Shown here piece by piece: positions 53,571 through 63,727 of a DNA stretch of 63,981 nucleotides. Both the position numbers and the translations under genes were made by a program. Under the pieces are notes generated by a model, which did no database searches, was not told the DNA's origin, and saw nothing but the letters and a program-made list of their open reading frames with translations. Numbering within the stretch: the first letter of the stretch is position 1; each line of letters begins with the position of its first letter. Source of the stretch: Chloroflexota bacterium (GTDB taxonomy: Bacteria; Chloroflexota; Limnocylindria; Limnocylindrales; CSP1-4); assembly GCA_003152995.1 (NCBI GenBank), contig PMBR01000117.1, positions 1-63,981 on the forward strand, in the 5' to 3' direction.

Positions 53571-54776
53571 TCAGCGGGCGACTTTCGCCGCCGGTCGATC
53601 GGACAGGTCCTTGTCCAGCGCCTTCACAAAATCGAGCATGTTGCGGCCCAGGACCGAGTCCGACTTGGTGTACATGAACGGAGCGCCACTGTTCAGAGCG
53701 CCGATAGCCGAGCGGTACTCGTTGACGATCTGGTAGTCGATGCGGCGCTTGAGGGCACTCTCGGCGTTCTTCACGTTTATGCCCGTGAACGCGTTCGACC
53801 GATTGAGAATCAGCTTCACCTTCTCGTCTGAATAGCCGAGGTGGCCGATCGTCTCGAGCACCAGGCGGACGTTCTTCAAACACGGAAGGTCGGCGGTCAT
53901 GACGACAAAGATGGTCTGGGCTACGTCCATGACGCGGAGATTCACTTCGTCGAGGCGTTTGTCAACGTCCAGAACGATGTAGTCGAACTCGGTCGTCATC
54001 ACATTGATGACCTCGGGCAAGTGGTCGGACGTGACGAGCTCGGCGGTCTCCGGCGACGGCGGCGCAAGAAGCAGATCGATCCCAGATTCGTGCTTCACGA
54101 GAACCTGGCGGATGAGGTCCAAATCGAATCCCGGCGCCGTCGAAAGATCAACGATGCTCATCTTGTCCAGACCGAGGTCCATGAAGACCCGATGGTCCCC
54201 GAACTGCAGGTTGGCGTCGATCAGGCAGACTCGCTTGCCGAGTTCCTTGTGTAGGGCAATCGCTGTGTTGATGGCGATCGTTGTGGTGCCGACGCCGCCT
54301 TTGGCCCCATAGAACAGAATCACTCGGGCCGGGTCGCGACGCCTTGAGGGCGCGATCGCCGTTGGCCGCTGGACGGGTATGGGCGCCGAATCGGTCGGTG
54401 CGTATCGAGACAGAAGGCTGCGCATTCGAGCCATCAGCTCGGCCGGATGGAACGGCTTGATCAGATAGTCGTCGGCGCCGGATCGAAGGGCCTTGCCGCG
54501 ATGCTCCGCCTCGTTTTCCGCGAGCAGCAGGATGACCGGCGTGTGAGTGGAGGGGCCGTCCTCCATTCGCAGACGGCTGACGATCGTGAACCCGTCGACG
54601 CCCGGAAGATTGCCCGCGATAAGGACAAGCGCCGGCCGGTCCGCGCGCGCAACTCGCAGGGCCTCGGCGCCATCGCTCAGCGCAGTTGGCTGATACCCGG
54701 CCTGGCTCAGCGCGTTGGAGAGAGCCCGCTGGACGGTGGGGTCCGCATCGACTACTAGGATCCTGACGGCCATCAA
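53571..54776 (-). CDS. Response-regulator receiver domain fused to a CpaE/MinD-ParA-type ATPase
   Basis: REC motifs ILVVDAD...D...LP-VDG. Deviant Walker A GAKGGVGTTTIAIN. Confidence 0.75.
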   Translation of the reverse strand: MMAVRILVVDADPTVQRALSNALSQAGYQPTALSDGAEALRVARADRPALVLIAGNLPGVDGFTIVSRLRMEDGPSTHTPVILLLAENEAEHRGKALRSGADDYLIKPFHPAELMARMRSLLSRYAPTDSAPIPVQRPTAIAPSRRRDPARVILFYGAKGGVGTTTIAINTAIALHKELGKRVCLIDANLQFGDHRVFMDLGLDKMSIVDLSTAPGFDLDLIRQVLVKHESGIDLLLAPPSPETAELVTSDHLPEVINVMTTEFDYIVLDVDKRLDEVNLRVMDVAQTIFVVMTADLPCLKNVRLVLETIGHLGYSDEKVKLILNRSNAFTGINVKNAESALKRRIDYQIVNEYRSAIGALNSGAPFMYTKSDSVLGRNMLDFVKALDKDLSDRPAAKVAR

Positions 54777-54991
54777 CTCACCTGGCTGTAACGCACGCAG
54801 ACATGCACTCGATACCGTGGCGGACAGCCGCCCCCAACCCGGGACGCTACTAGGACGGGCTGATTATAGGCAGCCTCCCGCGGGAGTGGCATAGTCCCCG
54901 GTGGAGCCACGCCGAATCGCAAGGGAGGCTGCGCTCTTCTGTAACCCTGGCCCCGCCCAAGACGTCTCGCGACGCCCCGGTCAGGCCGTCA

Positions 54992-55909
54992 CTAACCGCG
55001 CTTGGGACTCGCTTGCGGGTCGACCGCCGCCATCCCAGACTGCACCATTGCCCCCAGAGGGCCCAGGAGCTGGGTGAACTCAAGCGGGATGATGAACTTG
55101 GTCGCGGGGCCGCTGCCGAGTGCCTTGAGTGCATCGAGGTACTGCAATGTCATCGTCTTCTGATCGATGTTCTTGGCAGCGCCGAAGATCGTGTTCAATG
55201 CCTCGCTGAAGCCTTGAGCGCGGAGTATTGCTGCCTGGCGGTCGCCCTCGGCCCGAAGGATGGCGGATTGCTTGTCGCCCTCGGCGACGTTGATCGTGGC
55301 CTGGCGAGTTCCTTCCGATTCGGTGATGACGGCGCGGCGGGTTCGCTCGGCGGAGAGCTGCCGGTTCATCGCATCCTGGACTCCGGGCGGCGGAAGGATC
55401 TCGCGAATCTCGACCGTGGTGACCTTGCCGCCCCAGCGCTCCGTGACCTCGTCCAGCTTGAGCCGCAGCGTTTCATTGATCTTCTCCCGCTGCGAGAGCA
55501 CGTCGTCGAGCGGAATGTCGCCGATGACGGAGCGCAGCGAGGTTGCGGCCACGCCCTGGAGGGCGCCCGAGAAGTTGGTCACGTTGACCAGGCTCATGAG
55601 TGGATCGACCACCTTCCAGTAAATCAGGAAGTCGACGCCCAACGGCGCGTTGTCCTTGGTAATGGCGGTCTGGCGCGGGACCTCGATGAATTGTTCGCGA
55701 AGGTCGACTTGATAGCCTCTGTCGACGAACGGTATGAGGAGATTCAAGCCCGGGGCCCGAACCAGGCCCTGGTTCGTCTGCCCCCAGCGATAGACCACCA
55801 GCTTCGCCCATTGGGGCACGATCCGGATCGAGAGCGCCGCCGCGGCGATCAGCAAACCAGCCACTACGATCAGAACGATCAGCAGCACCGTCGTCCCACT
55901 CGTGTCCAT
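54992..55909 (-). CDS. SPFH/band-7 (stomatin-like) protein
   Basis: ATG 55909 lies 8 nt after GGAGG. TM segment plus IVPQWAKLVVYRWGQ...ITKDNAPLGVDFLIYWKV. Confidence 0.85.
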   Translation of the reverse strand: MDTSGTTVLLIVLIVVAGLLIAAAALSIRIVPQWAKLVVYRWGQTNQGLVRAPGLNLLIPFVDRGYQVDLREQFIEVPRQTAITKDNAPLGVDFLIYWKVVDPLMSLVNVTNFSGALQGVAATSLRSVIGDIPLDDVLSQREKINETLRLKLDEVTERWGGKVTTVEIREILPPPGVQDAMNRQLSAERTRRAVITESEGTRQATINVAEGDKQSAILRAEGDRQAAILRAQGFSEALNTIFGAAKNIDQKTMTLQYLDALKALGSGPATKFIIPLEFTQLLGPLGAMVQSGMAAVDPQASPKRG

Positions 55910-56117
55910 TCCCCGTACCTCCAGCAGCACTGATGCCCAAATGGGCTGTTCTAACGGGCAACTGCCGCGTCGGCGATTGAGCTTCGACCCGGCGACCCGA
56001 TTTCTGCAATATCCACTCTCAGTACCCTACCTCCCCACCCGGCGACTATCTCGCAAGCTTGACCTGAAGCTCTTTCGAGGGCGAGGCCTGCGACTGCGAC
56101 AAGAACCTGCGACATGG

Positions 56118-57704
56118 CTATTCCACCGAATCGACAACCAGGATCAGGCCTTCTTTCCGCACAACCTTGACCCGCTCCCCCCGAACGGCGCTGCCGCCGC
56201 CGGCCAGTCTGGCCGACCATGACTCCCGTGCGACATAGACCGTGCCAAGCGGGTTCAAATCCTTCTCCACCACGCCGGTCATTCCGATCACGTCGACGGT
56301 ACCCACCATCCCCGAACCTGCCGGCAATGCCTGGTGCCTCATGCGGACCAGCGTCCGCACGAGGATCAGACCGTAGGCGGCGGCGGCTGCGGCCATCGTC
56401 GCGATTATCGGCCACGCGACCGTGGCTGCCGGCAGATATGGTCCTGGTGAGCCGTAAAAGGCGACCGCTCCGACGACGAAGCTGGCGAGCCCACCTACGG
56501 CCAACAAGCCGTGGCTCGGCAGGTTCGGTTCGAGCACGAACATGGCGATCCCGAGGATGACGAGTACGACCCCCAGCATGTTCAGTGGCAGGCTGCCCGA
56601 CCCGTAGAAGGAGAGCGCCAGGCACAAGGCCCCCAACAGACCCATCACCAGCGTGGGGTGGAATAGCTCGATCACCACTAGCAGGACGCCGAGCACGAGC
56701 AGGATGAAGGCGATGTTGGGGTCGTCCAGGCCGTGCAGGATGGACTGGATCGGATCCTCTCCGATCGTGACGATCGTGGCGCCCTTCGTGTGCAATTCGA
56801 CCTGAGCGCTGCCGACAGTGGCCGTCTTGAGATCGACCTGATTGAGCACGTCGTCGAGACTGGCCGCGGTGCCGTCGACGAGTCCCTTGTCAAACGCATC
56901 CTGGGCCGAGTACGACGCGGCACTCGCCACGGTGGCGACCGCCAGGTCCACAGGTCGATGACGAAGCTGGGCGATCCCGGTCATCGCGGCCACTGCGTCC
57001 TGCATGACCTTGTCGGCCTCCGTTTGACCGTAGGCCTTGACTATGTCCTGGCCCCCGGCAGCTACCGGAGACGCAGCCCCGATATTGGTCGCAGGAGCCA
57101 TGTAGGCGAAATTCGCGGCAAGCGTGATAAACGTTCCTGCGCTGGCCGCCTTCGCGCCCGAGGGCCCGACCCAGACGATCGTCGGGATCGTGGCGTTCTC
57201 GAGGGCCTTGTAGATGGTCGTCATCGAGCTTCCGCTGCCGCCCAGCGTGTCCAGCTGGATCACCACCGCGACCGCCCCGTCGGCCTCGGCCTGACGAATG
57301 CCCCCCGTAACGTAGCTCGCCATGACGTCGTCGACGACGCCGCCGGTCGGCAGGACGACCACCTCCGGCCCCGACGGAGCGCCTGCCACGGGCGATGGCC
57401 GCGGCGTGGACTGTGCCGGGAATAGTTCCGCGCCGGAGCCGCCGGCCCGAGTGTGAGTCGCAGCGAAGACCAGTCCGAACGCCACCGCGAATGTGGCCGT
57501 CAGCCGAACCGCCGCATACGCAGCCCGACCCGTGCGTCCAGATAGAGAGTCGATCGCCGACAGCCAGCGCGGGAGGCTCAGGCGAGGCTTCTCGGACTGG
57601 ACCGCCCACGGCAGGGCGACCGTCTCGGCGGGGAGTGGCGGTGTCCTGGTGCTATCGGCGAATTTCCGCAACCGCTCTTCCATGTCGAGGTCTGAATCGC
57701 TCAC
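56118..57704 (-). CDS. NfeD-family membrane serine protease (ClpP-class) with an extra N-terminal cytoplasmic segment of about 90 aa plus a TM
   Basis: VVIQLDTLGGSGSS...GAKAASAGTFI (ClpP fold), 4-5 TM segments and a C-terminal OB-like NfeD domain. GTG 57704 follows AGGGGG and overlaps the sigma-factor stop. Confidence 0.8.
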   Translation of the reverse strand: MSDSDLDMEERLRKFADSTRTPPLPAETVALPWAVQSEKPRLSLPRWLSAIDSLSGRTGRAAYAAVRLTATFAVAFGLVFAATHTRAGGSGAELFPAQSTPRPSPVAGAPSGPEVVVLPTGGVVDDVMASYVTGGIRQAEADGAVAVVIQLDTLGGSGSSMTTIYKALENATIPTIVWVGPSGAKAASAGTFITLAANFAYMAPATNIGAASPVAAGGQDIVKAYGQTEADKVMQDAVAAMTGIAQLRHRPVDLAVATVASAASYSAQDAFDKGLVDGTAASLDDVLNQVDLKTATVGSAQVELHTKGATIVTIGEDPIQSILHGLDDPNIAFILLVLGVLLVVIELFHPTLVMGLLGALCLALSFYGSGSLPLNMLGVVLVILGIAMFVLEPNLPSHGLLAVGGLASFVVGAVAFYGSPGPYLPAATVAWPIIATMAAAAAAYGLILVRTLVRMRHQALPAGSGMVGTVDVIGMTGVVEKDLNPLGTVYVARESWSARLAGGGSAVRGERVKVVRKEGLILVVDSVE

Positions 57705-58306
57705 TTTGTGCCCCCTGTCGCCGGTTCGATACGGCGGCGCAGCGTCTGCAACGCAGCATGGTGCCGTGACTTGACCGTGCCGATCGGAATGCCCAACCGA
57801 TCGGCGATCTCGGCCAGCGGCAGATCTCCCCAGTAGCGCAGCACGATCACCATGCGAAGTTCCGTGCTGAGGCTGGACAGCGCCCGGCCTACGACGTCGC
57901 GAGCGAGAGCGGACCGGAACGGGTCGGCGCCCTCCAGATCGATCTCATCCACGTCCAGGGTGCGCTGGCGAGACCGTTTGCTCAGCTTCGTGCGGCAAAC
58001 GTTGACGAGGATCTGGCTGAACCACGAGTGGAACTTGTCGCGTTCGCGCAGGTTCGACCAGGCGCGCCATGCCCTGACGGACGCTTCCTGGACGGCATCC
58101 TGAGCCTCGGCCGAGTCTGCCAGAAGGTAGCCGGCGAGCCGATAGGCGCCGCTCAACTCGTCCGATAGAGCTTCGGCGAACTCGGTGTCAATGGCTCGGC
58201 TACGAGCACCGGCCGCCTCGGCGGGAGCCCGAACGACTTCGGGCGTCAGATACGCTTCCTTGACGAACATGCCACGCTCTCTCGGCGGACCGACGTGGTC
58301 GCTCAT
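57701..58306 (-). CDS. ECF-type sigma-70 family sigma factor
   Basis: Region 2 AQDAVQEASVRAW...FHSWFSQILVN. Region 4 LPLAEIADRLGIPIGTVKSRHH. Start ATG 58306 overlaps the upstream stop. Confidence 0.8.
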   Translation of the reverse strand: MSDHVGPPRERGMFVKEAYLTPEVVRAPAEAAGARSRAIDTEFAEALSDELSGAYRLAGYLLADSAEAQDAVQEASVRAWRAWSNLRERDKFHSWFSQILVNVCRTKLSKRSRQRTLDVDEIDLEGADPFRSALARDVVGRALSSLSTELRMVIVLRYWGDLPLAEIADRLGIPIGTVKSRHHAALQTLRRRIEPATGGTK

Positions 58307-58911
58307 CCCTGAGACTCCGTCGGCGCGGCGTAGGTTCGGTCGTCGAGCGCATCCAATACCAGCTGGCTCCACGTTTCCATGCGATCGTAGACCGTTCGAA
58401 CGACCTCGAGCGGCGCGAACCCGCCGGTCAGCTTGTGCGTCTCACGAACTGCCACCGGCCTGCCGGCGGCGTCAGCGAGGTAGACCACGCCCAGATGATG
58501 CCGGCCGACATCCACTTCGTCGTCGTTGAGCAGCCCGAAGAACTCGAACTCGGGAACGAAGTCGGCAGCAATCTCCTCGCGCCATTCGCGCGCCAGACAC
58601 ACCAGGACCGATTCATCGCCCGGGTTCATGTGCCCTCCCACTCCCACCGAGTAGTGGTCGTGGAGCCGGGCATCGCCGCCGGCTCGAGTCCGTTTCATCA
58701 GGAACACCCGCTCGCCGTCGCGCAGGACCAGGTACGGGATGATCTGCTTGATGGTCGTGTCCGCCTCGGCGGAAGGACGTGCGTAGAACGCGCCTCGGTC
58801 GAGGCGGCACAGAATCTCCTCGACGTTCGCTGTTCGTACGCCCCGCCACGTTGCCTGGCCCATGAGCACGTCGCGCGGCACTGCATAGACGAGCTCTGGC
58901 GCTGCGGTCAT
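58303..58911 (-). CDS. NUDIX-like hydrolase
   Basis: Near-canonical Nudix box GGHMNPGDESVLVCLAREWREEI. ATG 58911 overlaps the tyrA stop. Confidence 0.6.
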   Translation of the reverse strand: MTAAPELVYAVPRDVLMGQATWRGVRTANVEEILCRLDRGAFYARPSAEADTTIKQIIPYLVLRDGERVFLMKRTRAGGDARLHDHYSVGVGGHMNPGDESVLVCLAREWREEIAADFVPEFEFFGLLNDDEVDVGRHHLGVVYLADAAGRPVAVRETHKLTGGFAPLEVVRTVYDRMETWSQLVLDALDDRTYAAPTESQG

Positions 58912-59795
58912 CGCGAATCGGATTCTTCGAGCCGGTCTTTCGCCGACGCGAAGCGGGCCTCGAGCGCGTCGGCGTCCGGGCCGCCGTTCTGTTCCAGTTC
59001 GACGAGCCATCCGTCGATCGCACCGCGCAGGTCCCGCAACCTCGAGGCGATGGCAGCCGAATTCGTGGCGGCTATGCCGGCGCCCATCGCCGGCTCGCCT
59101 CGTGCCAGGCGCGTCATGCCGGCCCAGCCGGTGGCGGCGAGCGCTTCGGCAGCCTGCCAGTCGGGTCGCTCGGGGACACCGGGACCGCCCGCGAGCGACT
59201 CAACCAGGGCCGCCGAGACAACGAGTGGCATGTGGCTGATGGCCGCGACCGCATCGTCGTGAGCAGCCGCCAGCATCGGCATCTGAACCGCTCCGCAGGC
59301 CTCCACCAGTTCGCGTACCCGTTCCACGTCGATCGGCCGAGCGAATACGCCCGCCACAGTGACCCAGGGCCGCCCGACGAATAGATCCGGCAGGGCGGCC
59401 GCGTAGCCGCTCACTTCGCGGCCCGCCATGGGGTGCCCGCCGATGAAGGGCAGGCGCATAGCGTCGGCTCTGGCCACGATCCGCGCCTTTGAGCTGGCCG
59501 CGTCCGTGACCGTGGCGCCTTCCGGCAGCGACACACGCATGGCCCCACCGATCTCGTCGATCAAGTCCAGACAGGCCAGCGGCGGGGCGGCCAACAACAC
59601 CAGGTCCGCGTCGCGCAGGGCCTCCTCCAGCGTTGCCGCGGCAACCTCCAGGACGCCATCGTCCACCGCCTGCCGCACGGGACCGGGCGTGCGGCTCCAG
59701 GCTGTCACGTGCCACTCCTCTGCCCCACCACGCCGGTGAAGCGCACGGGCTATCGAGCCGCCGATCAAACCGAAGCCTATGATCGATACTCTCAC
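58908..59795 (-). CDS. tyrA: Prephenate dehydrogenase
   Basis: Rossmann motif VSIIGFGLIGGSIARAL and FIGGHPMAG. GTG 59795 chosen as start; the longer track ORF adds an unlikely extension. Confidence 0.8.
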   Translation of the reverse strand: MRVSIIGFGLIGGSIARALHRRGGAEEWHVTAWSRTPGPVRQAVDDGVLEVAAATLEEALRDADLVLLAAPPLACLDLIDEIGGAMRVSLPEGATVTDAASSKARIVARADAMRLPFIGGHPMAGREVSGYAAALPDLFVGRPWVTVAGVFARPIDVERVRELVEACGAVQMPMLAAAHDDAVAAISHMPLVVSAALVESLAGGPGVPERPDWQAAEALAATGWAGMTRLARGEPAMGAGIAATNSAAIASRLRDLRGAIDGWLVELEQNGGPDADALEARFASAKDRLEESDSR

Positions 59796-60053
59796 GCCGC
59801 CATTATGGGGCGGCGCGTCGCAACCATATGCCGGTCGCGGCTCCAATCTCGCGTCCGTGCGCCGCTCCTGGCCCAATGAATCCGGGCTCTTCTCGGTGCC
59901 CGTTCGGGGTACCCCTCCGGGTCATTTATGGCACACCCGTACGAATTAGTGCGCAGCGCCCCAAAGTCCGACTAGAATGCAAGCGGTTCCTGGGCCGATG
60001 CCGGCAGCTTTCATCTGCCGGTCTTCGCGGCCAACCAAGAAGGGTCAAGAGCG

Positions 60054-60749
60054 ATGGTCGAATCGTATGGCGAGACCAGGCCGATCCGGGTCCTCCTTGT
60101 CGACGACCATCAGCTTCTGACTGGCGCTCTGTCGCAGATGCTCAGCCGCGAACCGGACATCATCGTGGCCGGCGTCGCAGGCAGCGTGGCCGAGGCCAAG
60201 GCCATGGCCCGCGAGCGCCTCGATGTCGTCCTCATGGACTATCGCCTACCCGACGGAACCGGGGCCGAAGCCACTCGTGCAATCAAGGCCCGCTGGCCCG
60301 CTGCCCGGGTAGTGATGCTGACCGCCCTCACGGACGACGAGACGGTGCTCGAATCGATCCAGGCCGGCGCGGACGGCTACCTCACCAAGGACCGGGCAAT
60401 CGACGAGGTAGTCAACGCAGTGCGGGCCGCTTATGCCGGGGAGACGCTTCTGCCCCGCTCGGTGATCGTCGGCATCGCCCAGCGCGTCGCCGCGGCCAGG
60501 GAGCGCGGCACCGAGCGCCGCCAGATCGAGCCTCTCACGCCGCGGGAACTGGAAGTGCTCAAGGCCCTGACCGAGGGTCTGGCCACGCCGGAGATCTGCG
60601 AGCGCCTCTACATAGCCCCGAACACGCTGCGCACGCACGTCCAGAACATCATGGGCAAGCTGCGGGTGCACTCAAAGCTCGAGGCCGTGGCCTTCGCGCT
60701 CCGCAATCGGCTCGTGGAACCGCCGAAGTCGGACGACAGCCTCTTCTGA
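60054..60749 (+). CDS. Two-component response regulator, NarL/FixJ (LuxR HTH) family
   Basis: IRVLLVDDHQL...DVVLMDYRLPDG (REC). LTPRELEVLKALTEGLATPEICERLYIAPNTLRTHV (LuxR HTH). Confidence 0.9.
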   Translation: MVESYGETRPIRVLLVDDHQLLTGALSQMLSREPDIIVAGVAGSVAEAKAMARERLDVVLMDYRLPDGTGAEATRAIKARWPAARVVMLTALTDDETVLESIQAGADGYLTKDRAIDEVVNAVRAAYAGETLLPRSVIVGIAQRVAAARERGTERRQIEPLTPRELEVLKALTEGLATPEICERLYIAPNTLRTHVQNIMGKLRVHSKLEAVAFALRNRLVEPPKSDDSLF

Positions 60750-60851
60750 TCCCCCGGATCGCCCGCGAGCGATTCGCCGGATAGACATCCGCGCCTTCAG
60801 CCCGGTCCGCACCGCTCGGGCCCCTGCATTCGAGGCCCCGGCCGCAACGCC

Positions 60852-61091
60852 CTAGACGGCGCTCCGCCGCCGCCGGGCGGTGCGACGGTCGGTGACGCGC
60901 CGTTCCTCGCCGCTCGGTGAGGTCCCCTCGCTCCTCTGACGCCTGGCGAGTACGCGCCGGTCCCACGCTCGCCGATCGTCACGCAGCGAGGCTCCGCAGC
61001 GCGGGCAGCGTCGCTCTTCGGCGAAAAGCTGGGCAAGCGGGACCGTCGCCCATATGGTCCGTCCGCAGGAGGAGCATGCGAGTCGTGGCAT
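60852..61091 (-). CDS. Small zinc-ribbon, Arg-rich protein
   Basis: CSSCGRT...CPRCGAS. Otherwise low complexity. Confidence 0.4.
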   Translation of the reverse strand: MPRLACSSCGRTIWATVPLAQLFAEERRCPRCGASLRDDRRAWDRRVLARRQRSEGTSPSGEERRVTDRRTARRRRSAV

Positions 61092-61437
61092 GGCTCGATG
61101 CTACGTCATCGCCAGCCGATGTGGACGATCGCGCTGTGCCCGATACCGGGGTGCCGGTGGTGGGTACGCAAATACGTTGCTTGCACGATGCTCCGAGCCG
61201 AATGTTGGAGCCATCATCTATACGTTCGCCGGCAACGGCGACGTGACGATCGCTCTGACGAGTGGTCGTGTCGGCGGGTCGCTTCGCTCCCCCCGGAGCG
61301 ACCCGCTCAGAACTCCATTCGGAGCTCGTTCCCCGCCGATCGCTACCTCCTCCTCCAGCGATCGGCTGTCTCCGGGCAGACGATCGTCCGCGATCGGCGG
61401 CCCCGCGGCGCCGAAGGTGCCCAACGCCGTGAATCGG

Positions 61438-61470
61438 AAAGGCCGCGCCCTGAGGCGCGGCCTTTCTCTT
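61438..61470. terminator. Intrinsic terminator hairpin, bidirectional, 20 nt downstream of trpB2
   Basis: aaa-ggccgcgcc-ctga-ggcgcggcc-tttctcttt: a 9-bp GC stem with a 4-nt loop and T or A tracts on both sides. Confidence 0.6.
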
Positions 61471-61484
61471 TGGCGACGGGTGGG

Positions 61485-62840
61485 TTACGCCTCGACACCC
61501 TCGAGAGCGAGCTTGACCGCTTCGGCCGGATATTCGTAGTCCTCGAGCAGGCCGGAGAGATAGCGTTGATACGACGTCATGTCGAAGTAGCCGTGGCCCG
61601 ACAGGTTGAAGAGGATGACCTTCTTCTCGCCGGTCTCCTTGGCCACCAGGGCCTCGTCGATCGCGGCGCGGATGGCGTGCGTGGACTCGGGCGCCGGGAT
61701 GAGGCCTTCCGTCCGGGCAAACTGGATGCCCGCCTCGAAACAGGGGCGCTGATGGACGCTGCGGGCCTCGATGAAGCCTTCGTGCTTGAGCAGGCTGACC
61801 TGCGGCGACATGCCGTGGTAGCGGAGGCCGCCGGCGTGAATGGGCTCGGGGATGAAGTCGTGGCCCAGCGTGTACATCTTCACTACGGGTGCCATCTTGG
61901 CTGTGTCCCCGTAGTCGTATGCGTAGCGACCGCGCGTCATGCTCGGTGCCGCTTCCGGCTCCACGGCGATGATCCGGTACTTGCGACCGCCACGGAATGT
62001 CTGCCCGAGCCATGGGAAGGTCAACCCGGCGAAGTTGGAGCCCCCGCCGGCGCAGGCGATGATGACGTCCGGCTCCTCGCCGGCCATCTGCATCTGCTGG
62101 ATTGACTCGAGGCCGATCACGGTCTGGTGCAGCATCACGTGGTTGAGGACCGATCCCAGTGAGTAGTGGGTGTCCTCGCGCTTGACCGCGTCCTCGACAG
62201 CTTCGCTGATAGCGATGCCGAGAGATCCGGTGCTGTCCGGATGCTGGGCCAGGATCGCCCGACCGGCATCCGTTTCCATGCTCGGGCTGGCGGTCACACT
62301 GGCGCCGTAGGTCTCCATCATCAGGCGACGGTACGGCTTCTGATCGTAGCTGGCCCGCACCATGTAGACCTTGACTTCGATGCCGAACATCGCTCCCGCG
62401 TAGGCAAGGGCGCTGCCCCACTGGCCGGCGCCGGTCTCGGTAGCAATGCGGTTGATGCCCTCTTGCTTGTTGTAGAAGGCCTGCGGGATAGCCGTGTTCG
62501 GCTTGTGGCTGCCGGCGGGGCTGACGCCTTCGTTCTTGTAGTAAATGTGCGCGGGCGTGTCGAGCGCCTTCTCCAGCCGAAGAGCTCGGACGAGCGGACT
62601 CGGCCGGTATTGCTTGTACAAGGCGCGGACGGGCTCGGGAATCTCGATCTCCCGCTCCGTCGAAACCTCCTGCATGATCAACGCCATGGGGAAGAGCGGC
62701 GCCAGATCGGCGGGGCCGAGCGGTTGATGCGTCCCCGGATGGAGCGGCGGTGCTTGCGGAACGGGCAGATCCGCGGCGATGTTGTACCAAGCGCGAGGGA
62801 TCTTGTCCTCGTCCAGCATGTAACGCGTGCGCTCGACCAT
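61485..62840 (-). CDS. trpB: Tryptophan synthase beta-like PLP enzyme, TrpB2 type
   Basis: [19 protein letters not shown] (PLP lysine motif). The long N-terminal extension and 451-aa length are typical of TrpB2. Confidence 0.9.
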   Translation of the reverse strand: MVERTRYMLDEDKIPRAWYNIAADLPVPQAPPLHPGTHQPLGPADLAPLFPMALIMQEVSTEREIEIPEPVRALYKQYRPSPLVRALRLEKALDTPAHIYYKNEGVSPAGSHKPNTAIPQAFYNKQEGINRIATETGAGQWGSALAYAGAMFGIEVKVYMVRASYDQKPYRRLMMETYGASVTASPSMETDAGRAILAQHPDSTGSLGIAISEAVEDAVKREDTHYSLGSVLNHVMLHQTVIGLESIQQMQMAGEEPDVIIACAGGGSNFAGLTFPWLGQTFRGGRKYRIIAVEPEAAPSMTRGRYAYDYGDTAKMAPVVKMYTLGHDFIPEPIHAGGLRYHGMSPQVSLLKHEGFIEARSVHQRPCFEAGIQFARTEGLIPAPESTHAIRAAIDEALVAKETGEKKVILFNLSGHGYFDMTSYQRYLSGLLEDYEYPAEAVKLALEGVEA

Positions 62841-63052
62841 CCGACTCCTCCCGCCGGCTTCCCGGCGACCTGCGGGTAATTGCCCCTCCCGCCCCCATCA
62901 GGACGGCTGGATCGAAAGCCTACGGCTTCCGGCGGGTTCCGTGCAAGGCGATCCGGCACGTTCGGCGGGATGGGCCGACGGTCGCGACCGAAATCCATGG
63001 AATCGCGCGGACCTCGCCGCTCCAATCCCCTGCTCGGTTTCCGCGCCGGCAG

Positions 63053-63727
63053 TCAGACGGCTCCGAGACGTGCCTCGACCAGGGCTTCGTAACGGGTCGG
63101 GCCGTGACCCTGATGACTCTTGTACAAGACCAGGCTGTCCGCCTGCCACGTCAGCCGCACGTCGCGTGCCAGTTCGATCAAGCGGCTTGCTTTCTCGTCG
63201 GACCCGGGGACGCCGTCGGTGCGAGCCAGTGTCAGGTGGGCCGCCAACGGCCTATCCTCCGGCGGCCACCCAAGGCGCTGCAGCTCGCCGTTCAGCCGCC
63301 GCGCCAGATCCACAAGTTCCGCCTCGCCCGCCCCGATCCCGATCCACAGGACGCGAGGGTGCTGCGCTGTCGGGAATGCCCCTCCCCCGGTGAGCTCGAC
63401 ACGGAACGGGGCCGCTTCCCTCGCGGTGGCGGCCACGGCCGCTGACAACTCATCCACGCGCACGTCCGGCGTCGCCCCGAGGAACCGGAGGGTCAGATGC
63501 AAACCGTCGATGCTGACCCAACGCGGCTGACCCGGGCCGCGCACGTCGATCGGAGCTCCGGCCAGCTGCTCCATGAGGCGGCCCACCGCTTCTCGAACTT
63601 CGTCGGCGACCGGCACAGCCATGAAGAGCCGGCTCGTGCCCGGAGGATCGTCCTGCGGCCGCACGAAGGGGCGCCGCCCTCCGCCGCCAGGTCTCCGTCC
63701 ATAGCTCATCGCGTCGGCAGGAGTCAC
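63053..63727 (-). CDS. thpR: 2H phosphoesterase, RNA 2',3'-cyclic phosphodiesterase / LigT-like
   Basis: Two H-x-T-x motifs: HLTLRFLG and HLTLART. Confidence 0.8.
   Translation of the reverse strand: MTPADAMSYGRRPGGGGRRPFVRPQDDPPGTSRLFMAVPVADEVREAVGRLMEQLAGAPIDVRGPGQPRWVSIDGLHLTLRFLGATPDVRVDELSAAVAATAREAAPFRVELTGGGAFPTAQHPRVLWIGIGAGEAELVDLARRLNGELQRLGWPPEDRPLAAHLTLARTDGVPGSDEKASRLIELARDVRLTWQADSLVLYKSHQGHGPTRYEALVEARLGAV

Noticed and set aside
60979-62898. 639-aa minus-strand ORF overlapping trpB2, and the 318-aa ORF 59828..60784 overlapping the response regulator.
   Set aside because: These are alternative frames of genes with clear family motifs. Their sequence is Arg/Pro/Gly-rich low complexity.
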